Shown: in pieces, positions 61,401 to 64,000 of the stretch
How the letters are laid out: each line of letters opens with the position of its first letter
Numbering within the stretch: position 1 is the stretch's first letter
NCBI GenBank assembly: GCA_030141605.1
Contig: JAQGDQ010000125.1
Coordinates: 496,001 to 560,000 of the forward strand
DNA from: Tubiluchus corallicola
Lineage: Eukaryota; Animalia; Priapulida
Direction of reading: 5' to 3'
DNA length: 64,000 nucleotides
Notes under the pieces: model-generated
What the model saw: only the letters and a program-made list of their open reading frames with translations
Told to the model about the DNA's origin: nothing
The model's database searches: none
Translations under genes and position numbers: made by a program

Positions 61401-62666
61401 CTGCTTCCGCGAGCTGAGTACAAGCCATCATACACGTTCTGAAAAAACACCATACTGTATATTTTTGGCATTTTGCTTTAGAACGAGTTTTAAGATGGAT
61501 TACGACAATATTAAGGCACATCTCTGACAAATGTCCTTGTTGCAGAAGGCAACGTGCGATGCAGACAATATTATTAAAGCGCTTGATGATGCTGCTGCAC
61601 AGTGAATTCAGAAAGGTAGGCGATATTTCCACCCAGTATGACTTGGTAAGGAAAAATATGAACTATCCAAGCACGTCTTTCATCTGAGATACAATAATGA
61701 AAGACTTAGACATGGCGCCCGGTATTAGACTTTATCCGGTGGTGAAACAAGGAGACTGCTGTGACTTTTTTTTAGAAATTCTAATGAACAACTAAAATCG
61801 TAAAAACGGCTATACTTGATGATGTGAATGTCCAACAGGAAAATGAAGGCTCCGCACAGTACTTGTTTTGGACCTTGTTTTACCCACTTTTGTCTCTATA
61901 GATGCAGTGCTCCTCTTAGCTTTCCTCTGGAACAAAAACAGTTGAACTTAATTGCCTTTATATAACATATTTTGTCTACATTAATAGTTATAAAAACGTG
62001 TGAAATTATACTGTATAATTTTTCATTTATTATACTGGTAAGGGTTTTATGTACAATGTATGTAATATATAATGTGCAGCGTTATCGTGATAAGAATTCC
62101 TGTATTCATCTATGGCGTTCAGAGAGCATTTCAGTCCCATTTATGGTATTGCAAACTTCATTAGTCCATTGTTGCATACAGTATCTAAGCATGATTTGCT
62201 TTGCTTGAATAAAGATTTTGTTTTACTTACAAATGTTGTTTCTTTAGCCTTTTCTCTTGCTTCTTCCTTTTGCTTTTCCTGCAATTAACATTTACTACGT
62301 CATACACTTGAGTAAGAAGTCACGCTTTTCATAAATCAAATTTAAAATGTGAACTTGTGAAGTAGTACCAAATACCGATCCAGCTGCCATGTTTTTCATT
62401 CAAGTTTTTCAAAGATCACATTGTAAACTTAATTTCTGTTGCAAATCACGTGTCACTGTTAGCTATTCTTATCCACAGTTGGCTATCCTCTTCTGGATCA
62501 GTTTATGGTAACCTTAGATTTACGTACCAAAAGCAGTATTAATTTTGTTGCCATTGTCACCAGACGATTGTATTCCTCGTTGGGGATCTTCCAAGGAGGT
62601 GGTTGGTAAGTGACAGAATTTTCTGCAGCCCAACTTGCAGAATGTAACGAACTATGAATTTTGTCT
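58447..62666 (-). CDS. Uncharacterised protein with one PLAT/LH2 domain and long disordered flanks (5' end not resolved)
   Basis: Minus-strand exons 62666-62528, 62278-62231, 61926-61816, 61438-61335, 60696-60495, 60297-60103, 59757-59679, 59477-59319 and 59210-58447, with consistent phases. PLAT motif YKMRVTTG..GAGT..DVHIILYG..GRS...FSKGQTDTF...LGPL..IRIGHD...WFLEKVIV....YEFACKQWL. Confidence 0.85.
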
Positions 62667-62706
62667 CTGCGAAAAAACAAAATCTTAGTAATTTTGTAAA
62701 GTTTTT

Positions 62707-62744
<38 letters not shown>

Positions 62745-62995
62745 GGTGGTGGTGGTGGTGGTGGCGGTGGTTGTTATCATTATCATCGCTGCTGGTTGTG
62801 TTCGTCCTTATCATCGCTCGTAGCTGTTGTTGCTGCTGTTTTTGTTGCCGTTGTTGTTGTTGTTCTTGTTTCTACTGCTGTCGTTGTTGTTGTTGTTACT
62901 GCTGCCGTTGTTGTTGTCGTTGTTGTTGCTGTTGTTATTGTACTTGTTGTTGTTGTCGTTGCTGTCAGTGTTGCCGTTGCAGTTGTTGTTGCTGT
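62707..62995. repeat. Compound (GTT)n/(GGT)n/(GCT)n microsatellite
   Basis: Directly visible trinucleotide runs that explain the poly-Cys, poly-Thr and poly-Val ORFs. Confidence 0.95.
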
Positions 62996-63229
62996 TATAA
63001 ACTCATTCACATAAACATATAAAATCATTGTTAGACTTTAACAGCTGCAAATACATCCTAACTATTAATTAGTTAAAACTATATAAAACTTGTGAAGCAT
63101 AATAGCCGGTGGTACATAACAATTTACTAGGGGCTTTATAAAAACAACGAGTACGTTACAGCAGAGAATAGAGATAAATTTATTACATCAAAGTGCTGCA
63201 GAAACAACAGCAAATCTATCATGCCCTAA

Positions 63230-63467
63230 AATTTAGGAAAATCCTCATCGCACAGCCTACGATCTTGAGGGGTATGATCTAGCAGCGACTTGAAGATCTG
63301 CTGAACATGTCTCACATGCTTGTGTATTCATTACCGGTCAACGGTATGTTTTTTTATCATCTTAGCATCCCTTGTTTTCCAAAATAGCTCCAGTGTGCTA
63401 GGGTTGAGGTCTGGTGAATTTCGAAGCCATTCAGTTCGACCGTTAAGATTAATCGCAGAGTTTACAC
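63230..63467 (-). mobile_element. Possible Tc1/mariner transposase C-terminal relic
   Basis: The minus strand reads NGRTEWLRNSPDLNPSTLELFWK, resembling the W.P.SPDLNP...W motif. Stops occur nearby. Confidence 0.45.
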
Positions 63468-63517
63468 ATCACTACCCTCACGATTGCAGGCAGTACTGCG
63501 CAAGGCTTCCACACTAA

Positions 63518-63727
63518 AGCGGCGTTTACGTACCATCCGGATGCGCATGCGGATGCGTTTTCCACTTGCGGAACAGTCTGCAGAAAAATCAAGAGGAATA
63601 ACTACAGAAAAACAATAACGCATACGCAGGCTGCATAAACGGGTGCATTGAAAACAATATAAACCGATTTTATCTATTTCACACCCCGCAAAACGCATCC
63701 GCATCTGGATGCTACGTAAACGCCACT
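63518..63727. mobile_element. PIF/Harbinger-like MITE, family copy B
   Basis: TIR AG(C/T)GGCGTTTACGTA(C/G)CATCC(G/A)GATGCG with a TAA TSD (63515-63517, 63728-63730). It shares TATAAACYGATTTTATCTATTT and GCGTTWTCCACYTGCGGAA with 35649-35817. Confidence 0.85.
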
Positions 63728-64000
63728 TAATGTTGAAGGTGTGCTTAATTGGCTATTGTTTCAGTCAGAAATACTTTGATGTAGTAAACTTGGTGTAGGT
63801 GTACTATTATGGTACTCGTTGTTTTATTACACCCTAGTAAAAGGTTATGCACCGTCCTATGCGTAATGGGTGCTGCAGGGTGCGTGCTTTATGAACATGG
63901 AGTTACATCACATAGGAAGTGGTACGGTGACATGCCAAATATAGAACTATTTTGCACGTCCCTGAATTCCACCAACTAGTGGCAGAAGCAGAGAAAACCC

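Noticed and set aside
62376-62390. MAAGS mini first exon for the PLAT gene
   Set aside because: It is phase-compatible but has a weak donor. The 62666-62528 exon gives a longer coherent frame, so this is unsupported without transcripts.
62557-63028. Cys-rich (metallothionein-like), Thr-rich and Val-rich ORFs
   Set aside because: These are reading frames of a (GTT)n microsatellite in an intron.

Overview
AT-rich, intron-rich eukaryotic genomic DNA, most likely from an invertebrate animal (species not determinable from the sequence). I assembled four spliced genes by hand from GT-AG sites and phase continuity. Three are on the + strand: a cytohesin Arf-GEF (about 537-11898), a complete Rac1-like GTPase (16121-24044) and a complete crumbs ortholog (26 coding exons, about 2400 aa, 28535-56604). 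A 5'-incomplete single-PLAT-domain gene converges on them from the - strand (58447-62666). The ORF track misses several features. These include a 3-nt GCG microexon that switches the cytohesin PH domain between di- and tri-glycine forms, two paralogous intronic box C/D snoRNAs with a 28S rRNA-complementary guide, alternative first exons, a duplicated Rac upstream region and a CTCF-like site. There are also many non-autonomous DNA transposons with readable TIRs and TSDs, plus retroelement relics. I found no convincing wholly new biological system. The most notable items are the microexon, the snoRNA pair and the cytohesin-Rac linkage. Comparisons with human, fly and yeast are from recall and were not computed.
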